Sequence record: OZ035742.1
DNA length: 64,000 bases
Reading direction: 5' to 3' (one strand)
From: Felixounavirus AN17P8
A program made the translations under genes and the position numbers. The notes under the pieces are model-generated. The model was given only the letters and a program-made list of their open reading frames with translations, was not told the origin of the DNA and did not search any database. Positions 48,631 through 58,225 of this stretch are shown one piece after another. The number at the start of each line of letters is the position of its first letter. Position 1 is the stretch's first letter.

Positions 48631-49236
48631 TTAAATCAGTGTTTCCAGAACTGTTTTTAATGATGACTTGGTTGTCTGATAAAAATGAGTGAATCTATTG
48701 TTGTTATCAAATATCTGCATCATAACAGCATCTCCCTTGATTGGGTACACTCGGATATCATAGTGAAACCCATTAAAGACAGCAGAACCGTTACAGAACA
48801 CACTAAAATCATCCACTGAGATATACTCTTCATGCCCTGTGATTTTTATACAGACACCTTTGCTCGGTCTCTTAGGGTTGATATCTTCCATCACAGACAT
48901 ATTCTGTCCACCAAGAGATACCATAGTGACCACTTTACGGTTCTTCTGTTTAAAGTACATCTTAACTTTCTGTAAAGTGTCTTCATAGAACGGATAAGAC
49001 TTCTCTACAAAGATTCCTTCTAATGGCTCTTTACCATTTTCAACTTCTCTGTTATGCCGTACTGCAAAGATAATTTGTTCGAACCAGTCAAGATTTTCTT
49101 CGGAGAGTGCTTCTCGAATATCACTCCAGTCAAGGACTAGGTAGTTACCTTCAACTTCTTTTAAGTTATCTTTTTCCATAGCTATCACACCATTATCGTA
49201 AAACTTGGTAATCTGGTACTGCAAACTTGTTGTCAT
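48631..49236 (-). CDS. hypothetical protein
   Basis: 201 aa; internal ATG at 49179 is an alternative start. Confidence 0.4.
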   Translation of the reverse strand: MTTSLQYQITKFYDNGVIAMEKDNLKEVEGNYLVLDWSDIREALSEENLDWFEQIIFAVRHNREVENGKEPLEGIFVEKSYPFYEDTLQKVKMYFKQKNRKVVTMVSLGGQNMSVMEDINPKRPSKGVCIKITGHEEYISVDDFSVFCNGSAVFNGFHYDIRVYPIKGDAVMMQIFDNNNRFTHFYQTTKSSLKTVLETLI

Positions 49237-49657
49237 TGTTTTTAATGAGGTCTTCTTCTGTTACTAAGAATGTAAGACCACACAAGTGTGTATATCGGCT
49301 ATCATACTCAAATATTTTAAGTAAGTATTTACCATCATGATAGACAGATTCTACTACACCTTTTGCAACAATCTTCCCAGTCTTGAAGTCTTTAAGACGG
49401 TATACATTACCAACTTTAGGGACTGTTTTCACTTCAGGTTCTTTTAGCTTCTCACCAGCTTCTACATCACCTAGTAAGTGAGAACTTTCAAACGCTACAT
49501 ATTGCATATAAGCTTCTGAGCATTCCCAGATAAAACAATGTACAAGCACCTTAGCAGCATGTCTTGAGCAATTCAGCTTATCACAAATGTCATTGTACAT
49601 TTCATCTTTAGTTGAGTTGTCAAGCATTGCTTTTTGAACGACTTCTTTAATTTTCAT
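49193..49657 (-). CDS. hypothetical protein
   Basis: 154 aa. Confidence 0.4.
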   Translation of the reverse strand: MKIKEVVQKAMLDNSTKDEMYNDICDKLNCSRHAAKVLVHCFIWECSEAYMQYVAFESSHLLGDVEAGEKLKEPEVKTVPKVGNVYRLKDFKTGKIVAKGVVESVYHDGKYLLKIFEYDSRYTHLCGLTFLVTEEDLIKNNDNKFAVPDYQVLR

Positions 49658-49710
49658 TTCGCTACCTTCTAAGTTTCTACAAAGGGGCTATCAAGTAACC
49701 CCTCAAGCTA

Positions 49711-49935
49711 TTACTCAGACTTTTCAGTCTTCTTATCGGATTTCTTACTAGTCTTCTTCTCACCTTTCTGCTCAGGTTCCTTCTCAGAAGTTGCCTTGAT
49801 AACCATATCAAGAAGCTCTGATAAGTCACTCTTCAGCAAAGTAACAGGCTGCTCATTGTAGAAGTTTTTGTCAAGATAAACTTTGAACTCTTCTATAGAA
49901 GGAAATCCAAAAATTGGTACAGGTGTCTTAATCAT
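49711..49935 (-). CDS. hypothetical protein
   Basis: 74 aa with Lys/Glu-rich tail. Confidence 0.35.
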   Translation of the reverse strand: MIKTPVPIFGFPSIEEFKVYLDKNFYNEQPVTLLKSDLSELLDMVIKATSEKEPEQKGEKKTSKKSDKKTEKSE

Positions 49936-50011
49936 TACTTAGTCTCTCCATAGGCATCTTTCAAGATTGCCTTGTTAATCATTTCAGCGATTGCAAAACG
50001 AACACATACAG

Positions 50012-50515
50012 CTATAATTGTAGGTTGCATTCTTTACTTACCTCTTCAAGTTTAATCTCCGAGTCCTTAAGTCGTTTCTTATGAACTCTGAATCTCATTA
50101 GTGAGATGATGATACCAACTAAAGGGACAACATACAAGTACCAAACATCATATACCTTTGCAGTAATCTGTGTAATGGTCAAGTCTTGAGCTATGTAGCT
50201 GATTGCTGAGACGGCTAGTAATGTTGCTAAGAAGAAAACCAGTATCATAACAATATTCAGACAACCTCTGGCATGGTATTCATGCTTAATGCACTTATTC
50301 TTCTCTTCAACAACCCTGTTGTAGTCATTTGTAAAGTCTCTGTAGAAAGCTTTCAAGTATTCTTGACTATAGCCTTCAAAGCAACCTGTACCGTACCAAT
50401 AATCACCACCGAAATGTGCTATGATACCAGTATCTCCATTTGGTTTGGTTACTTTCAAAGAAGTATGATGGTGAGTGTCCTGATAATCTATCTTATATCT
50501 TTCTTCGTAAATCAT
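50012..50515 (-). CDS. membrane protein
   Basis: Two predicted TM helices (IVMILVFFLATLLAVSAISYI; LYVVPLVGIIISL). Confidence 0.4.
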   Translation of the reverse strand: MIYEERYKIDYQDTHHHTSLKVTKPNGDTGIIAHFGGDYWYGTGCFEGYSQEYLKAFYRDFTNDYNRVVEEKNKCIKHEYHARGCLNIVMILVFFLATLLAVSAISYIAQDLTITQITAKVYDVWYLYVVPLVGIIISLMRFRVHKKRLKDSEIKLEEVSKECNLQL

Positions 50516-50730
50516 TTTTCAATCCCTCTCAATCGTTTGTTCCACTCAAGGTCAACAAGTCTTTGCAGGACTTTCCCTCTAGGTGTTACACCTTTTAAAT
50601 CTGCATCGTAACAATGGTAAAAATCACCTTCAGCATGTCTACCATAGCATTTTCTGATGTTCTGACTTCTACGATACTGCTCTAATAGGGACAGTTTGTA
50701 GTAATCTTCAACTGTAGTTAGTTTTTTCAT
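50512..50730 (-). CDS. hypothetical protein
   Basis: 72 aa, coupled. Confidence 0.35.
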   Translation of the reverse strand: MKKLTTVEDYYKLSLLEQYRRSQNIRKCYGRHAEGDFYHCYDADLKGVTPRGKVLQRLVDLEWNKRLRGIEK

Positions 50731-50813
50731 TCTTTCACCACGTATCTTCTCAAGAAACTAAAAAGGGAACTACCTCTCGATAGCTCCCATCATAGTTAAT
50801 GTTGTATATTCGG

Positions 50814-51395
50814 TCAAGAGTATTTTTTAGGCAGTAATGCACTGCGCTTGTTGCTCTCTTCACTCAATAGTGCGATAAATTCATCACCTTTACCCTTCCA
50901 CGGGCTGAATGTCGGAATGTGCTCTCTGATAGCATCAATCACTGTTTTCAGGGCGTTGTTCTTTAACCACCAATCAGACACTGCCGAAGCTACAATGTAA
51001 TAAGCACCATCATCTGTGAAGATTGGCTCGGAGATACATGGTGAAATCATGGTAGTAATGATAGAACCATTATTCATGTAGTATGTTCTTTTTTCAACCT
51101 TGTCAAGAAGCTTATGAAGGTCTGCAAAGAGACTCACAACCTCTTTATGGTCAATATCTTTTTCAAGATTTGCTCTATATTTCAATAGTGCAGCATCGAC
51201 CTCTTTGTCATTGAATTTGAAGTATTGAACTTCTTCATTCACACATACACTGATGTTGTTGGTGTTTATCGTCAATTTGCACAGTTTGACTGGAGAGTTA
51301 ATGTTGGTCTGAAAAAGTGCTACACAGCCTTCTACATTCCCGAAATGTTTGACTAATGTAACTTCTGGTTGGATGTGCTCATGTTCTTCTGACAT
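50814..51395 (-). CDS. hypothetical protein
   Basis: 193 aa. Confidence 0.4.
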   Translation of the reverse strand: MSEEHEHIQPEVTLVKHFGNVEGCVALFQTNINSPVKLCKLTINTNNISVCVNEEVQYFKFNDKEVDAALLKYRANLEKDIDHKEVVSLFADLHKLLDKVEKRTYYMNNGSIITTMISPCISEPIFTDDGAYYIVASAVSDWWLKNNALKTVIDAIREHIPTFSPWKGKGDEFIALLSEESNKRSALLPKKYS

Positions 51396-51739
51396 TATAG
51401 TTTCCTCATTAAATACTTTTTAAGTTGTGTGTTAGGTTTCTCAAAAACTTCTATAGAAGATATCTTGACAGACTCACCACGCATACCTGTATGTTTAAAT
51501 ATATAGTACTCTAACATCCCTATGTACTTTGCTGGTAAGTCGTGTTTGACATACACTGTTACAGAATCTTCAAATTCAACAACCTTTGTACCATCTTTGT
51601 AGTTAAACTCTTTAGGATGGTTGTAGTTGTCGATATCGTACATTAAAAAGAGTCTTTTCCGTTGCATGTCAAGCTTATTGGTTAAAGACTCTTTAATATC
51701 TGAGAAGTTTTTGTACACTGTGACATGGAGCTTACTCAT
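51395..51739 (-). CDS. hypothetical protein
   Basis: 114 aa. Confidence 0.4.
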   Translation of the reverse strand: MSKLHVTVYKNFSDIKESLTNKLDMQRKRLFLMYDIDNYNHPKEFNYKDGTKVVEFEDSVTVYVKHDLPAKYIGMLEYYIFKHTGMRGESVKISSIEVFEKPNTQLKKYLMRKL

Positions 51740-52025
51740 CGTTAAACTCTCTGACGAAGAAATAGTTGACTTTATTATTACCTACCATAAGGTCAAAGCA
51801 GGTATTCTCAAAAGGTTTGTTGTAGGCATCGTATGAAGTGTACGTATCAGCTACTTGTTTAGTATTGAGCTTTTTACTTGATGGGTTTAAGAGGCCACCA
51901 TACAGTTTCTTGATAGCCTCTTCTACAACAGACCAGATGATTTCGTCAGTAATTTCTTCGTACAGGTCAAGTTCACGCTCTAGTGAGAAGTCACAAATAG
52001 GGAAGATAACCTGTACTTTGCTCAT
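51732..52025 (-). CDS. hypothetical protein
   Basis: 97 aa. Confidence 0.4.
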   Translation of the reverse strand: MSKVQVIFPICDFSLERELDLYEEITDEIIWSVVEEAIKKLYGGLLNPSSKKLNTKQVADTYTSYDAYNKPFENTCFDLMVGNNKVNYFFVREFNDE

Positions 52026-52420
52026 TAACGAATAACCTGTGAAACTTGAATTGCTTCAGTTACAGACAAATCACCAACTTTCTCTTCTTTGATGAAAGTA
52101 AAGGTGAGTTCAACAGGTTCTTGCTCTTCTTGCTCAACTGGAATACCGTTAAGCTCATCAAAGATTGATTGGGTAGTCCAGTCTTCTCCACCATCTGGAT
52201 AGTGGATGGCATAAAGAGGAAACTCTAAATTATACCAAGCAAAAACAGGACAACCGTCTGCATCATCTCGGCATCTGTGGAGGTACGTATTTGTACCTTC
52301 AAAATGCAAATGAAGATTGCCATTCTTCTCAAATAGAAGAGCATCTCGCAGGTCTAGTTCCTCATTTTCGCTGTAACGACTGACATCAACTTTAACGTGG
52401 ATATGACTGTTATTATTCAT
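52025..52420 (-). CDS. hypothetical protein
   Basis: 131 aa, acidic. Confidence 0.4.
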   Translation of the reverse strand: MNNNSHIHVKVDVSRYSENEELDLRDALLFEKNGNLHLHFEGTNTYLHRCRDDADGCPVFAWYNLEFPLYAIHYPDGGEDWTTQSIFDELNGIPVEQEEQEPVELTFTFIKEEKVGDLSVTEAIQVSQVIR

Positions 52421-52811
52421 AAAAACCTCTCTCTGCTTGTTCGATTTTTGCTCTTAAAGTTTCGCAATGCTGTAAATGGTAGTTAGCTTCTTGTTCATGT
52501 GTTGCTAACTGCCTTTCAAGAACAGTTTTATAGTAACCTGCAAGTTGCTCTTTTGTCAATGGGTGCTCTGAAATAATATCAAGTCCACTTTCACCAAGAG
52601 GGTTGAATTGTCCATGTTCATTGACATTGTAAGTCTCAAACTTGAACAGGCCATTGTTCACAGACTCAATAGGTGACAGTTCAACAAGTTCTACAGTAAA
52701 CCGTGTATACACCTTGTCACCTCTTGAAACCACATTGCTTCCAATGATGCGTACAAGTGAACCATTACGAGTGTATTTAAAAGTCCCAAAATCACTAGCC
52801 CAAAGCTTCAT
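52413..52811 (-). CDS. hypothetical protein
   Basis: 132 aa; minus-strand terminator upstream. Confidence 0.4.
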   Translation of the reverse strand: MKLWASDFGTFKYTRNGSLVRIIGSNVVSRGDKVYTRFTVELVELSPIESVNNGLFKFETYNVNEHGQFNPLGESGLDIISEHPLTKEQLAGYYKTVLERQLATHEQEANYHLQHCETLRAKIEQAERGFYE

Positions 52812-52824
52812 AGTTTTCTCCTTA

Positions 52825-52852
52825 GAAAATAAAAAAGGCTCCCGAAGGAGCC
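52825..52852 (-). terminator. rho-independent terminator (minus strand) after endolysin
   Basis: Minus-strand reading: GGCTCC-ttcg-GGAGCC-TTTTTTATTTT. Confidence 0.6.
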
Positions 52853-52862
52853 TATGAAGATA

Positions 52863-53327
52863 TTACTTTGGATATACACTGTCAAGATAAATGTCAGCTT
52901 CCATTCTACGTCTATTTTTCAAGCCGTTTGAAGTTACCTTCTTACCTTTGACTGTAATCTTGTTCCACCACTGCATAGCTTCTGCACAACCTACCTTATT
53001 ACCAGCATTGTGGCGCTTGATAAATGTAGAGTCCTGCATAGCTGTGATACCGATGTTATATGTTTCACTTACAAGTGCATCAAACTCGTTCTGAGAAGTT
53101 GGAACCTTGATGGATTTGTTCACTGCTGCAACGAACTTTTCAACATCTGCGAGAAGATACTGTTCAGCTTGTTCAGCGGTAATCTTCATACCCATCTTAA
53201 CAGGCTTACCAGCAATACGGATAGTCCCATACCCAATTGTGGGGATTCCAGCAGAATCTTCGTAAGCCTCTAACTTAAGACCTTCAAAGAACTTAATAGC
53301 TTCTAAACCTTTCTGTGAGAGTTGCAT
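52863..53327 (-). CDS. endolysin, T4-type lysozyme (GH24-like)
   Basis: LEAIKFFEGLKLEAYEDSAGIPTIGYGT aligns with T4 lysozyme catalytic region (Glu, Asp, Thr triad). Confidence 0.85.
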   Translation of the reverse strand: MQLSQKGLEAIKFFEGLKLEAYEDSAGIPTIGYGTIRIAGKPVKMGMKITAEQAEQYLLADVEKFVAAVNKSIKVPTSQNEFDALVSETYNIGITAMQDSTFIKRHNAGNKVGCAEAMQWWNKITVKGKKVTSNGLKNRRRMEADIYLDSVYPK

Positions 53328-54712
53328 TATGCCTCCCCTGCTGGGTTAACTGTAACTGTTGCCGCATTAGATGTTACAGAGCCACCTGCGCCAGTCACTA
53401 CACAAGTGTAGCTTCCCGCATCAGCAGTGGTTGCACCTTCTTTGGTGTAAGTTGCAGTAGTTGCATCGAGGATGTCTTCCTCACCTTTCTTCCACTGGTA
53501 ACCTGTCGCACCTGTTGCCACAACATTCAGCGTTAATGTTTCACCTTCACTGATTTCTTGATTGGTTGGCTGTTGAGTGATTACCGGAAGTGCATTCACA
53601 GTAACTGTTGCTGCATTAGATGTGACTGTTGTGCCACCTGCACCAGTAACTACACAGGTGTATGAACCAGCATCGGCAGGAGCTACACTAGCTTTCGTGT
53701 AAGTCGCACCAGTTGCACTAGGGATGTTCACATTGTCCTTTTTCCATTGGTAACCTTCTGCGCCTGTAGCCTCAACACTCAGTGTCAAAGAGTTCCCCTC
53801 ATTAACTACCTGATTGGTTGGCTGCTTGGTAATAACTGGTAAAGCATTTACCGTGACAGTTGCAGGGCTAGAAGTAACAGAACCACCTGCACCTGTTACG
53901 ACGCAAGTGTATGAACCTGCATCTGCTGGCAGAGCGCCAGACTTGCTATAGATAGCCTCTGTAGCCGAAGGAATGTCAGAGCCATCTTTCTTCCACTGGT
54001 AACCCGTTGCACCCGTTGCAGTCACTTCCAAGCTGATGTTTCCACCCTCATTGATGGTCTGGCTAGAAGGTTGCTGTGTAATCACAGGTAGTGCATTAAC
54101 AGTAACTGTTGCCGCATCTGAGGTAACGCTTGTCCCAGCCTCTCCAGATACAACACAAGTGTATGAACCAGCATCAGAAGGGGCTACAGACTGTTTTGTG
54201 TAGGTTGCAGATGTGGCGCTAGTGATATCCTCACCATCTTTTTTCCATTGATATCCAGTGGCATTAGTTGCAATAACGCTTAGGTTAAGTGTACCACCTT
54301 CATTTACTGTTTGATTGGTTGGTTGCTGAGTGATTGATGGTGGCTTGATAGCGTCCTTCAACTTAGCATTCAACATTGAGAATGGTTTAACTCTTGCCAG
54401 CCACTCACAATAAACTGTATCAACGTCTTTACCATTGATAATTGCATATTGTAAGTCCATGAAGAAGTCAGAAGTTCTCATTTGAGCACCAACGCTGTAA
54501 AGCAACTCATCACTAAATGGGACTTTGTAGTCCGGTTTGTAGTCAAACTTCTCAACTTCTGCAATATCAGCTTCAGGCCAATACGAACTATAGGTGAGTG
54601 GTAAAATAGCCTCTTGATATGTTCTAAAATCATATCTCTTACCAGCCTTTACATTTGCAATGAAGCCCTTCACAAACTCTTTGAAGTCTGGGTAAGTCTT
54701 TGCTTTAATCAT
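53327..54712 (-). CDS. protein with N-terminal domain plus four tandem Ig-like repeats
   Basis: Four ~83-aa repeats each with QWKKDG and DAGSYTCVVTGAGG (Ig-like Gly-x-Tyr-x-Cys); N-terminal ~125 aa paralogous to adjacent gene. Confidence 0.6.
   Translation of the reverse strand: MIKAKTYPDFKEFVKGFIANVKAGKRYDFRTYQEAILPLTYSSYWPEADIAEVEKFDYKPDYKVPFSDELLYSVGAQMRTSDFFMDLQYAIINGKDVDTVYCEWLARVKPFSMLNAKLKDAIKPPSITQQPTNQTVNEGGTLNLSVIATNATGYQWKKDGEDITSATSATYTKQSVAPSDAGSYTCVVSGEAGTSVTSDAATVTVNALPVITQQPSSQTINEGGNISLEVTATGATGYQWKKDGSDIPSATEAIYSKSGALPADAGSYTCVVTGAGGSVTSSPATVTVNALPVITKQPTNQVVNEGNSLTLSVEATGAEGYQWKKDNVNIPSATGATYTKASVAPADAGSYTCVVTGAGGTTVTSNAATVTVNALPVITQQPTNQEISEGETLTLNVVATGATGYQWKKGEEDILDATTATYTKEGATTADAGSYTCVVTGAGGSVTSNAATVTVNPAGEA
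53346..54340. repeat. four tandem ~249-bp coding repeats (Ig-like domains)
   Basis: Units start near 53346, 53594, 53843, 54094 with shared GTAACTGTTGC...CACCTGCACC strings. Confidence 0.75.
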
Positions 54713-55080
54713 TTCTTTTTAGCCTCTAAATGTGCGTTTAGTCTAAAATAACCTTTGTGATGCGGAGATACATCACCAACAACGATACCTTTAACCTTAT
54801 AACCTTTACCAATTACATACTGGATATCCATAAGGAATCTTCCAAGACCAACAATATGGAACATTGGATATAATAGATTCTCAGAGTCTGGAATATTGAT
54901 TTCAGGTTTGTAGGTGCGTTGTTCGCTTGTTGGTGTAATATCTTCTTCAGGCCATTTACTGAGTCTCCATGTCAAAGGTGTTGGGATAACATCATTAAGG
55001 TTGTACCTTTCACCATTTTGCACGGAATTGATATAGGATTGTAGGAAGCAATAAAAGTCTTTTGCACTCTTAGCTTTCAT
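54709..55080 (-). CDS. paralog of the N-terminal domain of the Ig-repeat protein
   Basis: MKAKSAKDFYCFLQSYINSVQNGERY and FLMDIQYVIGKG align with MIKAKTYPDFKEFVKGFIANVKAGKRY and FFMDLQYAIINGKD. Confidence 0.5.
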   Translation of the reverse strand: MKAKSAKDFYCFLQSYINSVQNGERYNLNDVIPTPLTWRLSKWPEEDITPTSEQRTYKPEINIPDSENLLYPMFHIVGLGRFLMDIQYVIGKGYKVKGIVVGDVSPHHKGYFRLNAHLEAKKK

Positions 55081-55127
55081 TAAATATCCTTATAAGTAGT
55101 TAAAGGGGCATTAGCCCCTATTCACAC

Positions 55128-55718
55128 TTAAGCTTTGGTCTTAAGTAGGTTCTTAAGTTTTTTAAGATTCATACTCTCATCAAACTTAAAACCAAATCCA
55201 TTGACATAATCAATGAACTCGGATTTCTTACTGAGTGACAATGCGTAACTCATATCAAAGTTCTTACTTGTTTCTGCGTCTGGACTAGAGTTCACATCAA
55301 ATGAAATTTCTGTAGGCTCTTGTTTACTTTTTCTCATGTTATCAACCAACAAACATGTATAGTTTGCTGGATAGAAATTTACACTACCATCAACGTAGCT
55401 GTATTTATTATTATGGATAAGGTTGGAAAATACCTTAAGAAATGTTTCTGAGTCGTGGCAAACAAGTTTGAATTGGCTGCTCTCTCCAAGCGCAACTAAT
55501 GAGTACGGACTTTCACTATCAAAGTCATAATTTGGATTCGATGCCGTTACTGTTACACGCATCAAGTTATTAGCAATAGTCTTCTGTTTAAAAGAATTTT
55601 GAACATAGTGAAGACCTCTCTCACACTGATTGACTAGCTCTTTAAGTAGGTCATTTGCATATGGTGAATTAATTGATACAGAACCATCACTATTGTAATT
55701 AAAACTTACTGTTAACAT
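55128..55718 (-). CDS. hypothetical protein
   Basis: 196 aa. Confidence 0.4.
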   Translation of the reverse strand: MLTVSFNYNSDGSVSINSPYANDLLKELVNQCERGLHYVQNSFKQKTIANNLMRVTVTASNPNYDFDSESPYSLVALGESSQFKLVCHDSETFLKVFSNLIHNNKYSYVDGSVNFYPANYTCLLVDNMRKSKQEPTEISFDVNSSPDAETSKNFDMSYALSLSKKSEFIDYVNGFGFKFDESMNLKKLKNLLKTKA

Positions 55719-55945
55719 TTTTCAGTTCTCCTGCGATTTATAATTTTGCTGCAATAGAGAAACGAAGTAAACTCACTGGAAGAAACCATTAAGTGTTGTT
55801 CACTAGATTGAGCCATTGCCCTGAAATACATTCCAGTCAAAGCATCATAGTGACTATTCTTTCCAATTGAGGTTATATAGCCATGACTCTTTGCAGTTTG
55901 ATATAAATCTATAATATCTGCGATTTCTAATTGGGAACTACACAT
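55712..55945 (-). CDS. hypothetical protein
   Basis: 77 aa. Confidence 0.3.
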   Translation of the reverse strand: MCSSQLEIADIIDLYQTAKSHGYITSIGKNSHYDALTGMYFRAMAQSSEQHLMVSSSEFTSFLYCSKIINRRRTEKC

Positions 55946-56109
55946 AGATAATCCTCTTGTCTTCTGTAATTTTGAAAGAACAGGTACAGACCAATTTCAG
56001 AGGATGAATAGTAGATTAACTCTACCCTTTTTGATTCCTTACAGTGATTGGTATTCTTACCTTTCTTCGGTTTATTTGATTTTCTCATTAAGTCTCCTTT
56101 GTAGAACAA
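55927..56109 (-). CDS. hypothetical basic protein
   Basis: 60 aa, first gene after divergent promoter region. Confidence 0.3.
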   Translation of the reverse strand: MFYKGDLMRKSNKPKKGKNTNHCKESKRVELIYYSSSEIGLYLFFQNYRRQEDYLCVVPN

Positions 56110-56187
56110 GGCAGACCTACAGCTTTAAGTAAGATGGTACAGTAATCCATACAACAAGTCAAGAACTATTGCAAGTTAAAAAAGTTG

Positions 56188-56216
56188 TTGACAAAGTACT
56201 TGACAAGGTGTAGGCT
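56188..56216 (+). promoter_or_regulatory. sigma70-like promoter in divergent region (tandem TTGACA boxes)
   Basis: gtTGACAaagtacTTGACAaggtgTAGGCT; near-identical to 12946 element. Confidence 0.4.
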
Positions 56217-56337
56217 TATAAATACTTAGAAGATAACTTAAAAGGTTCCTCTAAAAAGGCTATTTAAACAGATATCTTTCTGGATATCTATCTTTTATCT
56301 TAAAAGCCTTTTAAGAGGTCTTATAAGAGGCATACCA

Positions 56338-56709
56338 ATGAAAAACAGAACAAACAAAGGCCAGTTTAAAAAAGGCCAGTCTGGAAACCCATCTGGAAGA
56401 CCAAAAGGCTCTCGTAACAAAAGCTCACTTGTAAAAGCTCAACTGACCATTGATAATTCTGCTGAGTTTGCTGCAAAGTTGTTTGAAGCGATTGTTACAA
56501 GGGACGCTGCTAAGCTTGCAGAGTTCGGGTTAAACACAGACGACGTAACCATCAAGAGCATGATTGAGGTCGGTAAAACTATCATGACTCACTCAGCGGG
56601 TGAGATGAAAGCAATTGCAGCAGACACTAAGAAGACCCCTGATAACGGTGGTCAGTCTCAGACAGATAACAAACCAACGTTCTCTGCTGTTGCAACCCTC
56701 AAAAAATAA
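56338..56709 (+). CDS. protein with GNPSGRPKG motif
   Basis: N-terminal KKGQSGNPSGRPKGSRNK motif of a recurrent phage protein family; function unknown. Confidence 0.45.
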   Translation: MKNRTNKGQFKKGQSGNPSGRPKGSRNKSSLVKAQLTIDNSAEFAAKLFEAIVTRDAAKLAEFGLNTDDVTIKSMIEVGKTIMTHSAGEMKAIAADTKKTPDNGGQSQTDNKPTFSAVATLKK

Positions 56710-56790
56710 TTTTAAAAGGTGTTGACAGACTCTACAAAGTTGCTCTAAAGTCTGTCACATCAAACAACAAATGAGAGAAGAGAGTAAAAT

Positions 56791-58206
56791 ATGAGCGAGT
56801 TATTTAAACATGCGCACCTTCATGCAGGTCGAACTGAAAATGGTGCTGTAAACCATACTTCATCAATGTCTGCTCTGGTAGACTTTTACAAAGCCGCTGG
56901 CTCAAGCCGTAGCAATGTAGAAATCTTACCAGACCTGTTCTACAAAGCTTTGCATGAGGATGTTGATGTTGCAGTTCGTATTTTGCTTCATATGCGAGAT
57001 GTACGAGAAGGTATGGGTGAGCGTAAAGCCTTCAGAACTGTTTTGCTTCAAGCAATTGAAGACAAAGTTTTAGAGTCTACGCAGGTTCTTCGCATTATGG
57101 ATAAGATTGCAGAACTTGGTCGTTTTGATGACTTCAAAATCTTCGTAGGTACTCGTTTCGAGACAGATGCCTTCAAACATTTAGAAGCAGCATTACTAGA
57201 CCCTGCAACAGCAGGTTTGGCGGCTAAGTGGTTACCACGAGTCAAACCACGTCATAAGCAGTTTGTAAAACGTTTCTGCAAGTTTGCCAACTTGAGTGAG
57301 AAAGAGTACCGCACACTGTTGTCTGCACTATCTGATACAGTTGAGCAAAAAATCTCTGCTAATGAGTTTGGTAAGATTGACTACAGCAAGATTCCTTCAC
57401 TTGCTGCTGCACGTTACCAAAAACTGTTTAACCGTAAAGATGGAGAACGCTACAAAGCTTACATCGAGTCCTTATCAAAGGGTGAGACTAAGATTAATGC
57501 TGGTGCTGTTTACCCATACGATGTGATTAAATCTGTTAAGTATGGTAATGCAGATGTTGCCAATGAGCAGTGGAAAGCACTACCAAACTGGATGGCAGAA
57601 GGTGAAAACATCTTGTGTATGACTGATGTTTCAAGCTCAATGTCTTGGGTGAATCTTGGCTCAATCACCGCCCTTGATATTGGTGTATCGCTTGCCTTGT
57701 ATGTAGCAGAACGCAATACAGGCTGCTTTAAGAATGAGTTAATGGTTTATTCAACAAACCCTCACTTCATTGAACTGAGTGGTGATTTACGAAACCGTCA
57801 TCGTCAGGTGATGCGACACGTTGAATATGGTTCAACTAACTTACAAGCAGCTTTCGACCGCATTCTTGAGACAGGTAAAAGAAACAACTTGACTCAGAAA
57901 GATATGCCAAGTAAGCTTATCATATTCTCTGATATGGAGTTCAATCAGGTTGATGGAGCTAACGGTCGTACAAACTTTGAAGCAATTCAGAGCAAGTACA
58001 AAAAAGCTGGATATGAGATGCCACAACTGGTATTCTGGTACTTAGCAAACCGTAATGGTACTTGCGAAGTGTCCGTTAAGGATAACGGTGTAGCAATGGT
58101 ATCTGGTTTCTCTCCAGCCACTTTAAAAGCTCTGCTTGGTGGTGAGAAGTTTGACCCAATCAGCGTAATGCTCAAAGCAGTAATGATTGACCGTTATATC
58201 TGGTAA
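56791..58206 (+). CDS. vWA-domain protein (MIDAS motif)
   Basis: C-terminal half has DxSxS (TDVSSSM), conserved Thr and acidic residues spaced as in vWA folds; ~220-aa alpha-rich N-terminal domain. Confidence 0.5.
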   Translation: MSELFKHAHLHAGRTENGAVNHTSSMSALVDFYKAAGSSRSNVEILPDLFYKALHEDVDVAVRILLHMRDVREGMGERKAFRTVLLQAIEDKVLESTQVLRIMDKIAELGRFDDFKIFVGTRFETDAFKHLEAALLDPATAGLAAKWLPRVKPRHKQFVKRFCKFANLSEKEYRTLLSALSDTVEQKISANEFGKIDYSKIPSLAAARYQKLFNRKDGERYKAYIESLSKGETKINAGAVYPYDVIKSVKYGNADVANEQWKALPNWMAEGENILCMTDVSSSMSWVNLGSITALDIGVSLALYVAERNTGCFKNELMVYSTNPHFIELSGDLRNRHRQVMRHVEYGSTNLQAAFDRILETGKRNNLTQKDMPSKLIIFSDMEFNQVDGANGRTNFEAIQSKYKKAGYEMPQLVFWYLANRNGTCEVSVKDNGVAMVSGFSPATLKALLGGEKFDPISVMLKAVMIDRYIW

Positions 58207-58225
58207 AAAAGTTTTAAAAAGGGTA

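Noticed and set aside
53346-54340. Tandem ~249-bp repeats as a non-coding satellite or CRISPR-like array
   Set aside because: They are in frame within a 461-aa minus-strand ORF and encode four Ig-like domains; a coding repeat.
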